Of a DNA stretch of 64,000 nucleotides, positions 25,281 to 38,698 are shown piece after piece (the first letter of the stretch is position 1; every line of letters begins with the position of its first letter). The notes beneath the pieces were generated by a model. That model was not told the DNA's origin and did no database searches. It saw nothing but the letters and a program-made list of their open reading frames with translations. The position numbers and the translations under genes are program-made. The DNA comes from Balanoglossus misakiensis (Eukaryota > Animalia > Hemichordata), in NCBI GenBank assembly GCA_040954595.2, contig CM082589.2:796690-860689 (forward strand). Reading direction: 5' to 3'.

Positions 25281-28200
25281 CACAGCCGGAATATTTACTC
25301 GGCCAAACAAAATGATAATTATAAGATTGTCGTTCCCGTCTATGTCCTATCGATAATGCGGTTACATGTTCAACCTACAAGATAAAAAAAAGAATGAGTA
25401 TCGTTTTATTGATTTGAACAATACTTCTACAACTTCAATTTAAAAACAGCCCTCTAAGATCTATAATATGATCGTTACGACCCAGAGATTGCACACAATA
25501 TAATTTGCGTTAGTTGAAAGACGCTCGTTCATGGACAAGTTTCATTTACAAGGAACTGCAATCAAAAGCTTTTGCACCTGCCATGGCCGCTTCAATTGCA
25601 TCCGGACAGGAACTTACTAAACCACTGGAGAACGTTGAATTCACTTGTTACATGTATAGTGGCCAATATAGAAAGACGAACGAGCAAAAACGACCGATAA
25701 TAAAAATTCTTTCGAACTAAAAAACGGAAATGAAAGCAAACCGCCGCGGATGACCAATAAGAGCCGGGTTTAATCATAATGGACGTTTTGGTTAGCTGGG
25801 GCTACCGAAATAGTGTAATTTCGAGAATTGATTAATGATATGCAAAGAATTCTAACTGTAACCCGTATTATCGTGTCTTCTTTATTACAAGGGGTACTTT
25901 TGATCGATCGATATCTGTAACTTGAATCAAATTGAATTTAAACAACAATATCAATAGTGGTGTGATTATGTTGGTGCTCTTTATAAACATTTCGCTCACA
26001 TTTCACAGGGTCAGAAAGAGGTGAACTCCCTAGAGATTTCCATTTACAGAATTTAAAGCGAAGGGTGCCGACTGGGGTCAACAATAGGCAAGCACACCCT
26101 CGTCGTGTAAAGACTGCTCCCTTGGGGCTATTTCATTGAATCCATAATGGTTCGTCTTTTGTGCTGTGTGTACGTAACGATCGTTTTACTGGGCAAAGAC
26201 GTCTTATGTTCTTCGCTTTTGGCCAGTAGCTTCGGTTGATCTTGCACATTTTACAAGTCCACCATAAACCGTTAGTCCTGGCACAATTGGAAAACTATTT
26301 CTTGATTAAAGCAGAGAGTTTGAAGCGTGACACACCGTGAAGGTACCACAGAACGTTTCATGGTGTCACGCATACACGAACGCCATTTGTTTACACACAC
26401 CTGGTAACCATGCGTAAGTCGCAGGGTTTCATTGTATTAAAGCGTACACGTCGTTCAGACCATAACAGTTCTGTTGGGAAAGCCAAAGAAAGATTTGCTT
26501 CGCAGACCGACTCGTACGTTAGTGCAATTTGATCTGAAGTACCGGACACCAAAGAAGTTGACGTGTTTTGGACTGACACATTCTTTAGACTACGGCACGG
26601 ACAGTCATGAAATAGCGGACTCCCAAGAAATTATGTCAACAGCAGCACAGTAATTCTGAGACCAACTCTTGAAGTACAAGAAAGCTCTTTGCGACAAAGA
26701 CACATACATCCGACGGGATATACAAAACTTGACAGACCTCTGACCAGTCGTACCCAGTCAACTATCCTCAATAAAACCCTGGACGTACCACAGATAAAAC
26801 AGACACATGGAAATAACACGGAGCTCCCATACCTGTCAAACTTCAGCAAAATAACCGACTTGATAAATCCGGATGCAGACATCGAAATAAGTCCATTCTA
26901 ATGCTGTTACAGACCCCAAACAAGGTGGTAGAAACAGAACATTTCTTCGGGGTTACCCCATGGTCTGGTTTGTTATTGATTGTCAGTTTTTTTAATCTCA
27001 CTGTGCACTGTGCACACTCCGACCACTTAGTTATTGACTGGTGCTTCAATGTCTGGACCTTTTTGTTGTTGTGTTGACCCACTCTGCATAATAATAGCCG
27101 GAGTCGGTAAAATCAATGGTCCTGAGCAAACCGTGTCCGCTTAACTTAAATAGGCCCGTAAATGATCGTTATACTTGGTAACCCCTTATTTGCCGACCAA
27201 ATAGGGATCCTCATCCATGCAGCAAATCTCAAACACGCGCAGAACTGTTGCCATGACGCAGCTGTTGCTAAGGAAATTGAAATGTCCAGTATTTCCAGTT
27301 ATTTTACTGGCTTGACAAATAGAAAAAATACCAATTCTTGTACTTTGTTCCATTAAAATTCCCACCAGTCATACTTAACATCTACAGATCAATTAACTGG
27401 CACAGGCACTTGTGTTATTTTTATCACCACGTCCATTATGACCCACTTTTTCGACAATTAGGGTTTTACGCGACTCACTTTATATCTACTTTGTTTGTAC
27501 ACAACTTTTCAGGATTTTATTGACTGTGTGAACATAAAATGGGACATTATCGATTAAACATGTCCAACATGTGGCCGGTTTTACTCATACTGGGACAGGC
27601 ATATCGTTTTCTTATTATTTATTAACAAAATCGGTCAATATTGACATAATTTTCAGAATTATACAATTCAATTTAGGCCTATGGTTATTACCGATTTGTT
27701 TTTCTCTTTGCCCGGAAACGTCCGCCATTACTCAACAGAGAAGGAGCGGGTCTCTTGAACGCCAGAATAAAACTAAGAGCTTGAAAGCCCCATCTGGGCC
27801 TTCGAACTGCAAGGATTGTGAAAATATTGATTATATTGCTTTGGGAAAACGAATGTGAAAACAGCGTAATGGCGACGCTGTGTCGTAGAGATGTTAACAT
27901 TGGATTAATAACTAGTACAACAACCAGGCTGATTTACCACATGCCGTTTCCTTGGAAACGAGAACTTAGTATTCAGTGGAGGCATAAGTTGTCATGATTG
28001 CTAGTATGCACTGTTACAAAAATCAAACCGTCTGATGTTGAAACGAGAATGAAAACGTGTTCGTGCATACGCTCAGACGGTTGCTGTGGCAACCAGTGTC
28101 CGATTTGTTATTAATGCGCTGGTAGCATCTGTAGGCTTTCCTGGCAAAAGGCATATCTCAAAAATCTTGCCATCCACTTTCGCTAAAAGACTTAAAACAA

Positions 28201-31200
28201 ATCTGTTGTCAGAAAATTGCGTGAATTGCCCGTTGGATAATGCAGTAAAATCACCGTGTACAAATATCATGCAATATATAATACAGCTCAAAAGGGTCTT
28301 GACCCGAGCTGACTCACCAATCATGAAATCGTGATAAATGACATACTTTTTGGACTGCAAGATTGTCTCTCTGATAAGACAGGAAAAAAATAGCTGTTTG
28401 TCAGATTTTGATTGAATTTTTGTGATAAGTGCGTAATACCAGTATTTACCGCTAATTGTTTGATTCTATGATGTTATTTTTTTGACACGTGCCAATGCTT
28501 AAAACTGAACCGACACACCTTAGTGTCACTGTGCCCGCATTTGTCGACTGTCATGGCAACGTAATCTGATCGTGTACACACACACACACACGTATCACAG
28601 CTTGATTATTCCCCACGCAGTGCATAACACCACCAGACAATTTCTATATGGTCGTGATTTAAAAAGGAATGCCACGATTTATATTTGAAACAGCTGATAC
28701 TGAAAAGCCAGGTGATATCGATTTCCAAATTTTGGTAAATGAATTCGGCAGAATTTAGAAAAAGATTCACACACACCTGTTCTCCGCACCTAGGGGCCCT
28801 CCGTAAAGACCGACCATATAGCTGCCCGACAGCAATGATTTGCCTACGTACGTTCGAGATTCGTGATCTCGTCTGCATGTCACGTGATTTCGTTCCTGTC
28901 AACGATCACAGGAGTAAATCTTTGGTTGCTAAGCTACCTAAACTTGAAGTTTGCTCTACTAATCTATTTAACCTACCGAAACAAACACAAGTGGATTCTC
29001 GTTGTACAACGCTCATACTTGTCGCTATGGCACAGTGCGCAATATTACTGATATTATGTCAAACACCATGAAATATTCAACGATACAGAACTCAACTTCA
29101 TCTATAATTTCCACTAGTTGGTCATAGCATTGGATGCATAATTACAGATCAAATCAAAGTGTTTGTCATCTCACCAGAAGTCAAAATGGAATGTACGGAC
29201 AACGCGTACATAAATCCGTTATACAAACAAAAAACAAAATAGGTTTAAGAACCAATTTGAGATATCAAGTATCCAGCAAACAAACCAAAACCAATGTCTA
29301 GCCTAGGATTACCTCATACAAACCACAGTCCCTCAAGAAAGACGGTGTGTGAACGAGGGGATTAGCTGAAGGATGCGCATTATGGTCACCTGACCATCTT
29401 AGAGTTGCGCTTTTTCCTTGGAAGCAAGCGACAGTCGCTCTCCTATCTACGATGATTTTCCCGATATGTTAGTTATGTTTCAAGTATATTCCAAAGGTTC
29501 ACCTCCAAAAACAAAATAACATCAAAGAAAAAACCTTGGAAATCTAAAACGCCTTCCCACAACTCCTTGTACGCTGGCACCATATTGTTCAAACCTCTTC
29601 ACTCTCTATTCTTTTCTCTTCTAATGTTTCTCTCGTGAAACTTGAGATTCTCGCCACCGATAGAAATAACCACCTTTAATGAACTGAGGTGACGTCAACA
29701 GCAAGTGAAATTTGTGTTTGTCACGCCAGAAGTTATTCAAATTTCAACAGAATCTTTTCAGCATGATTCTTGAAACCCTTATTGTGGCATGCGTTTGCGA
29801 GTGACGTTAAAGTTGCCCTTTTGAACCACAATTCAACATAAACTGCGAAAAGTCGACGCAAATGACGTATTGTGTCGATCTCACAAGAGTATGAACTGTC
29901 CTCGGGTTGTCGCTACCGCACACACCATTGTCAGAAAACCCCAGACAGTTGTTCTGCGTCCTTCAACAAAAGTCAACTAATCGTTGAACACAATGGAAAC
30001 ATTGCTAGGAGATTGTTCTCAAAAGACAAAAACTCTCGCAGAAAAAAATACTTCTCTGCGGAGTCTAACTTATTTCTATTCTTAATCTGAAGCACAGTAA
30101 AGCTTCGATTCACGATTCTCCCATTTCAATTATCTGGCTATACAATTCACCTGGCTCAAATTGGCCGATTTGCGACTTTGAAACATGATAACAAAAACAA
30201 GAGATCGTTTTCAATAACTTCTCCAGTTTCAGCTTCCACTTCGTTCTGCCACAAGCGTTACGCAACCCCAAGAAACCAACTTTTAATATAACTGTCGCTA
30301 TTTGTACTTGTACTATTCTTTTTTTCACCATTCACACTCGCAGCCCCTCGCGAATTTGCATTCTTTGTTCGTGTTTGCAAACATTCCAAACATAGCGGTA
30401 ACGTTTTATTTGGGTAATGGCTTTTCCCTTCAAATCGGTTCCGATCGATTTGAGAAGGTACAAAACAAACACTACTCTTTTGGATTATGCAAGAATGTAC
30501 CCAGTATAGCATGGCGGAGTTATAAATACTTGTCCAAAACGATCGATAGCGAGCGAAAATAACTCATCTAATACTCATACTGTTAAAAACACGAGTAGCT
30601 AAGCTAATTAGACGCATACTTGTATGTCAAGACAGTACAAGACAAGTGATGAGATAGTGTGAACGTTACGATTTGAAGTTGCCTGAATAAATTGCTATCA
30701 GTTTGAGTGTTACGATTGAAAACATATACACACCGGACAATTGCGTTTGTATATGTGAACATGGATTACTCTTATATGTATCCATGATGTGATATTGCTA
30801 GTATTCGAAAAATTGGCTTCTTCACATTTCTGAGATTCTATACTAAACACCGGACGAGTTTGACCACGACGGTCAATCAGTACGTGGAGCCAGTGCAGTG
30901 TTGTACCTGGTTACCGGGGAACTCTGTACATGTATATTGCTTATATTGCTGGAGGTGTGAAAACGATATGTCAAATTTTCGATTGCAATTCATGCGAAAT
31001 AAAACGTACCAAGGATCCCATTTTGTTGTTAATTTGAATAAGCCAATTAAATCTAGCCTAATGAGTTTCAAGGATCACTTGGAAGAAACTTTGGTTTGGT
31101 AGAACCATATGTACTGAGTTGTGTGATATAAAGTTTAACACAGATATCCAGAACGCGTTGAGTACCTGTGTGGGTGTAGTACATACCTATACTTGGCACC

Positions 31201-32268
31201 GTTACAACCATATAACGGTGTTGGTGGACTTTGAACTGCTTGTCGACAACCTCAGACTGCCTGGAAGCGCTGTAGAGAAATCACCATGAAATCAGACAAA
31301 CCAGAAACAGATCTCCAAAAATCCACACCAAAGTTGAAATGTGTATCAACGGTGTTCACTGTTCTGGTCTTCAAAAGCAGAAAGCCTGAGACGCTATACG
31401 ATGTCAATATATTGTTTGTAGTCAATCGTGTTTGTCGCTATGTGAGGTTTGGGTTTTACGAGTCTACCAATGAATGCGGTGTGAATAATGGACAGCACAC
31501 AAGAGTGTGATCGGCTAGACAATAGCATTCCATGTGAACCGGTCAGCACTGTGCTGGTCACCAAAACAATGTTATCTCGTTGTTGGACAGAAACACACCA
31601 CCTTTTATTTCAAACAATATAGAACTGCTGGTATCAAACCCTAGCTAATAAATAAGGGAGAGGTCGAGACTGGCGCATTCGTAACAGTAACCTATAAATT
31701 GGTTTTTGTAGTTTATCATCCAAAATACACAGAAATGTAATCGATTCTGATTGAACACAGCAAAGGTACAGCAACTCCATAGAATTAAAACGTACCTCAT
31801 TTATACCTTGGTTGGGAACTAGAATGGGAGAGTGTCCTTAACATCACTTGAACCAAACAAGGGCAATTTGGTGTGACCCCTACTTCTAATTCGACTTCTG
31901 TAATGAAACCAAAGATAGTTTTCTAAGTCAACAATCCAAGTTGTCTATTAAATTTACTATACGAATGTCCGCAAGATATCACAAGCCTCAGAATGGACTC
32001 AGAAAAGTTTCAAAAATCAAACAGACCACTCACAAAAATAGAATGAATATACTTTTTTATTTTGGTATATATTTCCCAAGACTAAAGTACCACATAAATT
32101 TTCTCTATTCGAAATGAAGGCACCAAATATACAACATGTACTCTTTCTTTTTCTTGACAATCACCAGCCCCAAAGGTCAAATTGAACAAGTATCTTTACT
32201 AGATCTAATATTTCAATCTTACATCAGGCCATCACCAAGGAATGTGGGTTTCATCATATTCTCTGTTT

Positions 32269-35200
32269 CTATGGAGACTTGAATTTGCCTTCCTTTATCA
32301 GCTGTTGCCAAGCTTTCCCGTTGGGATACTCGTAATCCGACAAAGATTCTGGTTTCATTTCTGTTGAGTATCCTGGAAGCTGAGAGAACATGGATAAGTT
32401 AGCAATACTTATAGACCCACTCCAAGCCTTCTCCAGAATGATATGTTACACATTGCCTAGACTCTCTCACAGCCCATGGTTTGCTTCAAGGTTCTTCACT
32501 GACATGCCTTTTGGTGTTAGCTCACCAGAACCCATGAGGCTTGTAAGATCAACATCAGCTGACTGTGAGGGTGCACTCTACAACACTGAAATCACTCACC
32601 TGTGGTGGCATATAACAGGCCTTCTTGATAACGACTGGATCTTTGAAATGTTCATGAAGGTGATCCACATACTCAATTACCCTGTGTCACAGACAGAACA
32701 TACAATGATTAATATATTTTGGACAAAGTTGAAATCTAGGAAATATCAAAAATTTCATACACTGAAAACAAAAATATGTAAAAGAAATTTTCACCTGTTT
32801 TCTAGAGATCCAGACACACAGATATAATCAAATATACTGAGATGTTGAACCAATTCACAAAGTCCGACACCTCCAGCATGTGGGCACACAGGTACTGCAA
32901 GTAAAGGATATAATGAAAAAGACATTCAATAAAACAACAGTATGGAGTTTTTTTAGTTTGATGGGTGGAGGAGGTAAACATTTAAAAAAAACATGCATAT
33001 TTGAACACAAATTGACTTCTGTTTCAAGATTTGTTAACATGCTTGCAATAGTGTTCCGAACAACTTATACAATATTTACAGATCTCGCCCTCATAAGCTG
33101 AGTCCAGGACCTCTTTCGTTTATAGCTTTGTAAGACACCGCAATGAGGACACTATCACAGAGGGCGCACAATAAAAATCCACAAGCTCATCTATGGACTT
33201 GGTCACATGAAACTAACACAGAATAGAAGCTAATGACACCCAACCATAATGAAGAATAAGAAATAAGAAAGTCAGTGAAGTACAAACTTACTTCCAAATT
33301 TCTTAGCCATCAAGATAACGGCCAAATTTTCATTGACACCACCAAGTCGACAAGAATCAATCTGACAGAATTGTAAGGCTCCAGCCTGCATCAGTTGTTT
33401 GAAGATCACTCGGTTCTGAGCGTGTTCTCCTGTGGCAACCCCAATCCCAAGAGGATTCAATGCCTACAAAAAACAGAACTTCATAATACATGATTCCATC
33501 TACAATACTTTGAAATACATTGGCACAGACCGCTGATGACAGAGTGTAACAGATCGACTGTATAAAACACAAATACATCTTCATTTTGAATTTTGGCATT
33601 TCAATTCCTGACCTTGGCTATAGCTGCATGTCCAAGTACATCATCGGGTGATGTTGGTTCTTCAATCCACCAGAGTTTGAACTCTTCAAGTTCTTTCATG
33701 TAGTCAATGGCTTCATTCACATCCCATCTCTGGTTGGCATCAGTCATCTGCAAAATATGAAAGTAACTGTAGAGTAGGAGTTGGTTTTCATCAATATACA
33801 TCCATGTTCTTATATCTGTCAAATCTTGCTCCAATACAAGTCATTCACTAAGTAAATTCTCATGGAATACTAGTATATGTATACACAGAAAATCACAGTC
33901 ACACACAGACAGACAGACAGACAGACAGACAGACCCCTGATACAGGCAAACAATAACACTAGTAATTTACCATTTTATTCTCCCATCCAATCAGTTGCCT
34001 GATTAACGCACACCTTCTTTTATCGTCTTGCATATCAGCTCCAACTTTGACCTTGAACTTTGTCCAGCCTTCTTCCAGTGCTTTCTTACACAACTGCATC
34101 AATGAAAGAAATGAAGAGATGTCAAAAAGGTCATCAAGACAATATCAGGCAACTTTCATGCTGTCAACTCTAGATTAGAACGTGACCAAGGAGTCTGGTG
34201 TATGCAACATTAAGGCCACCTCTATATAGTGGCCACTTTGTTACATTCCCAGTGCAATTATCATGTACATTAATTGACCTGTCTATAAAGGCCACCTGCC
34301 TATAAAAGCCAGTTTAGGAAAATCCCTTGACTGGCTGCTAAAGATATTTTTGTCTGTACCTGTGTTAAGGTCTCATCACTGTAACCAAGCCAACCAACAG
34401 ATGTAGTGTAAGCAGGGAAACCAGACTTCAACATCATCTGTTCTGGAAGGTCACCAGAAGAAAAAAAAAGTCTTCTATCATCCTGTTCTCTTGTGTAATT
34501 ATGTAACCATGACAACATCAATTTAAGGGTGCGGATGTGTGGATATTTTTGCACCTAATTTGCCAGACCTTGATATGTTTTGTACAATATCAAGTTTCAC
34601 TAAACAAACATGAAACCTTGTTAAATATCAATGACCTATTCAATATAATGGATCAGATCTTACATTAAATTGACTTTCATATACATGTGAAAGTATCGTA
34701 AACTTTTGCTCCTAGTTTATGAAAACATAATCCAATGACCCTATAGTTTCTATGAGGCCTTCAGTTAGTGTTCAGCTGTGACAACAATTGGATAGCTTTG
34801 CAAAAGCAAATAGTACTATACAAAAGACACAGAATATGTAAGTGTTCTTTGGAAATTTTGAAACACAACACCTTATATAAATCATACCATTATGGTGTGT
34901 ATGATAACAGTTATGCAAGACTAACCTCTTTGTTGTTTTGTTGATGAATTTGATCTGAGAATTTCAAGGGCCTCTTCTTTGGTTAAAGCATCTGTTCTGT
35001 AGAGAAATGGTACTCTTCAAAATTAGATATTAAAAAGCAAACAATCTTTAAAATATAGCTTGACAATACAAGAATATCATTTACTTACATATATCTAAAG
35101 TCAATGCACGACACAAGCTTCTCAGGTTCCTGAAAAAGTAACAATTTCAAAATGTTGAGAGAATAAAAATGGTTGAAATGAACTCAAAAACCAATGTTAT

Positions 35201-37122
35201 TAGCGATAATTCTAGAACTTACCATGTCCACAAGAAGTTTCCATACCGGCTGAAAATAAAAAGAAGAAATATTTACATGAACTGATGGAATAACTAAAGA
35301 GACTGCTGTTTTGATCGAGCTCAGCAACTGCCCGACCAATGTGATTTTGGTGATGTAAGTACTTTGTCATGACAACAAAGATGATGTGAAATGGAACGTC
35401 TGTGAAAAGGAAAATCTGGCCTTTGATGTTTTTAAAGTGCTTGAGGTGATATTTCAATGATTGTTATCAGCACAGTGGACATTGACTGATGCAAAAGGCA
35501 TCTGATCCAATTGAGTGACTTTACCTTGTTCTCTAGTTTCCCCCAAAGGTCCCACAATGCATTGATGATTGCTGCAGTAGCAAGGTGCATGACACCCTTT
35601 TCTGGACCAAGCTGGAAGGAAGAGAACAAGAAACACTTGCATGTATGCTATAATGACTTGAAACATGATCTTTAAGGTCTGAGCCAACAATGGTCCAAGT
35701 TACATGTGTGCAATTTGCAAGTTTCATGACAAATGTGAAAGCAAAAATTACCGTACCCATCTCATCTGTGTGTCACTGGTTAATTTTCTCCAAAATCCAG
35801 CAAAGTCGTCGTAGATATCAGACAACTTCTCGCCGATGACAAGAGAGGCAAGAGCAGAGGCTGCATTAGCAACTGAAAGATAAAAGATAGAAATCAACAA
35901 ACTGGATCAGTGGAGTAAACCTTCAAATTGAAATTTGTCATTATCCAAATATCTTCATGTACTATGATTAATAGATGATTGACCAGCATAAATTGCCTGG
36001 TCATAATCAATTTATAACTATTGAACTCAGAGATTTGATATCCAGGAAACTTACCAATTTGATTGCCTTTGCCTATAGTAAAGGTGAAACCATGGCCTTG
36101 TTTTTCATCTTCTGAATCTGTATGGATAATCACATACACACAGGAGTAGTCCGGATCAACATGCTAAAAATAAAATACAAATTGTAGAAATAAATAGGAT
36201 CATTAGTGTTATGGTAAATTTGAGAAAAAAGACAAAAAGAGTATGGTATGCAGGAAATATCCTATTTTTTATCTCTGTTAATGAAGATAGAAAATGAGGG
36301 TTTCACTTCTGAGTGTACATTACACAAGGGTTTTATTTCTGATAGAAAATGACTTCCTGTTTACCGTTTATTTTCTGTTAAAATTCAACAATTCATGCAT
36401 TCTAACTTACAAATAAAACTGAAGAATTTGTATTATTAGTTGACATTTAGTTCAAAATTAAGAGAAACAAAATTTCTAGTTCAAACTTGAAACTTTAGAA
36501 TTTAATTCTGTTCAGGAGTGTCGCGTTTTTCTTTTCCACATTATATAAGATCCTAAGATGTTTACGTGGAATTTTATCAAAGACTAGTGATGGTGACTCC
36601 AATGAATTGACCCTTACAGTCACGTTCGCAGCACAATCATTACCATGAATTCCGTTTAGTATTCCAAGAAAATGATATGTCTAGACTCATTCAAAAATGA
36701 TACCCTCCAGGTTTTTACCTTGACGTTCTTTGAAGTGTACATTATTCTGCGGAAAAAATAACCTGAATGGTCATACATCTATACCCAAAGTCTCAAGGTG
36801 AAAAGGGCATTTTGAGAAAAATATGAAACAGTAGCACTCGACAACTACTACAGTGACAGTTTATATCCATTTTTATAACGAATATATAGAAGACCAGTAA
36901 CGGACCACGCCCCCCTCCCGGACGTGCCACGCCCCCTTTACGTGTCGTTGGTTCGCTCACGATGCGAAGCTCAGACATCGTGATGGATTTCTTGCCATCT
37001 AGAAAAGACATAACTTCCAATTTTAACATTACCATTGCGTCTGATCCGTGGGCTTCCAAGGAAGTCGGGAATCTCACGTCCTTTACGTCCACCCCAGTCA
37101 CGATCGCACTGTACATGGCCAT
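32269..37122 (-). CDS. ENOSF1: Enolase superfamily member 1 / L-fuconate dehydratase (448 aa)
   Basis: 14 exons: 37122-37033, 36163-36055, 35872-35757, 35611-35525, 35249-35223, 35129-35089, 34996-34926, 34442-34360, 34093-33971, 33747-33613, 33463-33292, 32894-32795, 32681-32600, 32379-32269 (1347 nt). Motifs [62 protein letters not shown] and [12 protein letters not shown]. Confidence 0.97.
33906..33934. repeat. (AGAC)n microsatellite
   Basis: cagacagacagacagacagacagacagac in an ENOSF1 intron. Confidence 0.85.
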
Positions 37123-38698
37123 TTTGTTTTGCTATGAATTCTGGGTACTAAGCCAACCCAGCCTAATACGTAGCAACTGCAGACGGGTATATTTTGCTTT
37201 TAAACGAAGGTAACTTGGCTCAGCATTGACCGAATAAACTCGATTGATATGAATGGCACCATGCACTGTGTTAACCAACAAAAGTGACCATGCTTAGTTT
37301 TAATGACGAGACACTTAAGCGGTATAAATGGCATCCCTTGTACGGCTTTTTATGGGTTGAAATTCAAGTGCTACTTACTGCCAAAGTGGTACTAAAATGT
37401 GTACGTAATATGCTTTGACATTTTTAAGTTCTGGAAGAATTAGAGTTTATTGCCGATTCGCATGACATCTGAATATCCGAATAATAAAAATGACAACCCC
37501 GACTGAAGACAAAGAAAGCACGAAAAAAGGGTCGAAAAGTTAGTGTCTCCGAACACAATGAATGCGATCATTTTTTGGAATATCAAATAGGCCTAATGGC
37601 ATTTTGTGCCAAATCTTCCACAAATTCAGACTAATGGTTAAATCATAGTCTGCATAAATCTTGCTAGTGGTACATCCTTTCTGAAGACTTTTCTCCTCAT
37701 CAGCTGAGCTCCTTGGGGCTCCACCCACCGGATCTCGTCACCATGGCTACATCAGTCACAACGTAACAGTTGCGTCCCTCGATCACAGATTCGTGACGTG
37801 GTTCTGTTGTTGGCATGGTGACACCAATGTTCATACTATTCTGGTCGACTCGAAGCCTTGCTGTGACCTAAGGGTCGTTGCATTTTGCGTAGGAAATCTG
37901 TGAGAGAAGCGGCAGTTCATCTCCTCTGGAGAGTACAGCTTTAATTAACGAGTAAGTATGTTTTTATACCACTTTTAATTTGCGATACGTTTTTGAACAA
38001 AGTTCAAATTTCTACAGAGCCTTTCAAGAGCAGAAACACACGGTTACATCTGAAAAACGTCAATTGGTCAGAAAAGAGCAGCGACCAAATGTGGTTGTCA
38101 CAAAATGATTGTCTTTTCTTTTCCTACTGGAAATTGTTGAAAGCAACGACTCGGAGAATCGTGTCTGCTTCAATTGATTAATACATTGAGAAAATGCATA
38201 GTCAGTATACATGTACATGTACTTATTCCATCACGTTAATTAGCTCATACTCTATTCCTTGGTGTAGCTACAGACAATGAGCATCGAGTAGTTCAGCGTG
38301 CAACGCATATCCGGATGTTCAGTATTATAAACCACCCGAGACTAAAGCAAATGATAGAGTCTGATTATATTTTACCCGAGATATTTCATTACCGAGAAAA
38401 ATGTCCACGATGGGCGATCCTGTGTGTTGGTTGTCATGTGTCATATGATGAGAATGTCCTCCCATATAAACTGACTAGCCCCGCGAGATCTCGCAGGGTC
38501 TCGCGGAGATCGGAAAATGGCCAATTACTTGTTATCTTGCTGAATGGCAAGCTTCATAGTTTGCTAGAGTCATTTCGCCTCAGAGCTCTCTGTAGCAAAA
38601 TTTTACTGTTCTTGTAAAGCACAGAGCTCGACACTTTTCCTTGTCTGGTTCATTTACAGAAGCAAGCGGACTATAAATACCAAACCAAATAGAAGAAC

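Noticed and set aside
23780-27959. RFX X-box-like motifs (gtcgccagggcaac 23780; gtttccttggaaac 27946) around ANKRD66-like
   Set aside because: Similar motifs occur elsewhere in the window (~17393, ~45776, ~61212) and neither is clearly at a start site, so they are not specific enough.
25300-32200. Short ORFs in the 7-kb gap between ANKRD66-like and ENOSF1
   Set aside because: No recognisable motifs and no consistent exon chain found. A non-coding or poorly conserved gene cannot be excluded.
31000-32269. Thymidylate synthase gene antisense to the ENOSF1 3' end, as in human
   Set aside because: No TYMS-like coding sequence is visible downstream of ENOSF1.
34205-34315. Repeated ggccacct/ctata motifs in an ENOSF1 intron, suggestive of a transposon fragment
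   Set aside because: No clear pair of termini or target-site duplication could be defined.
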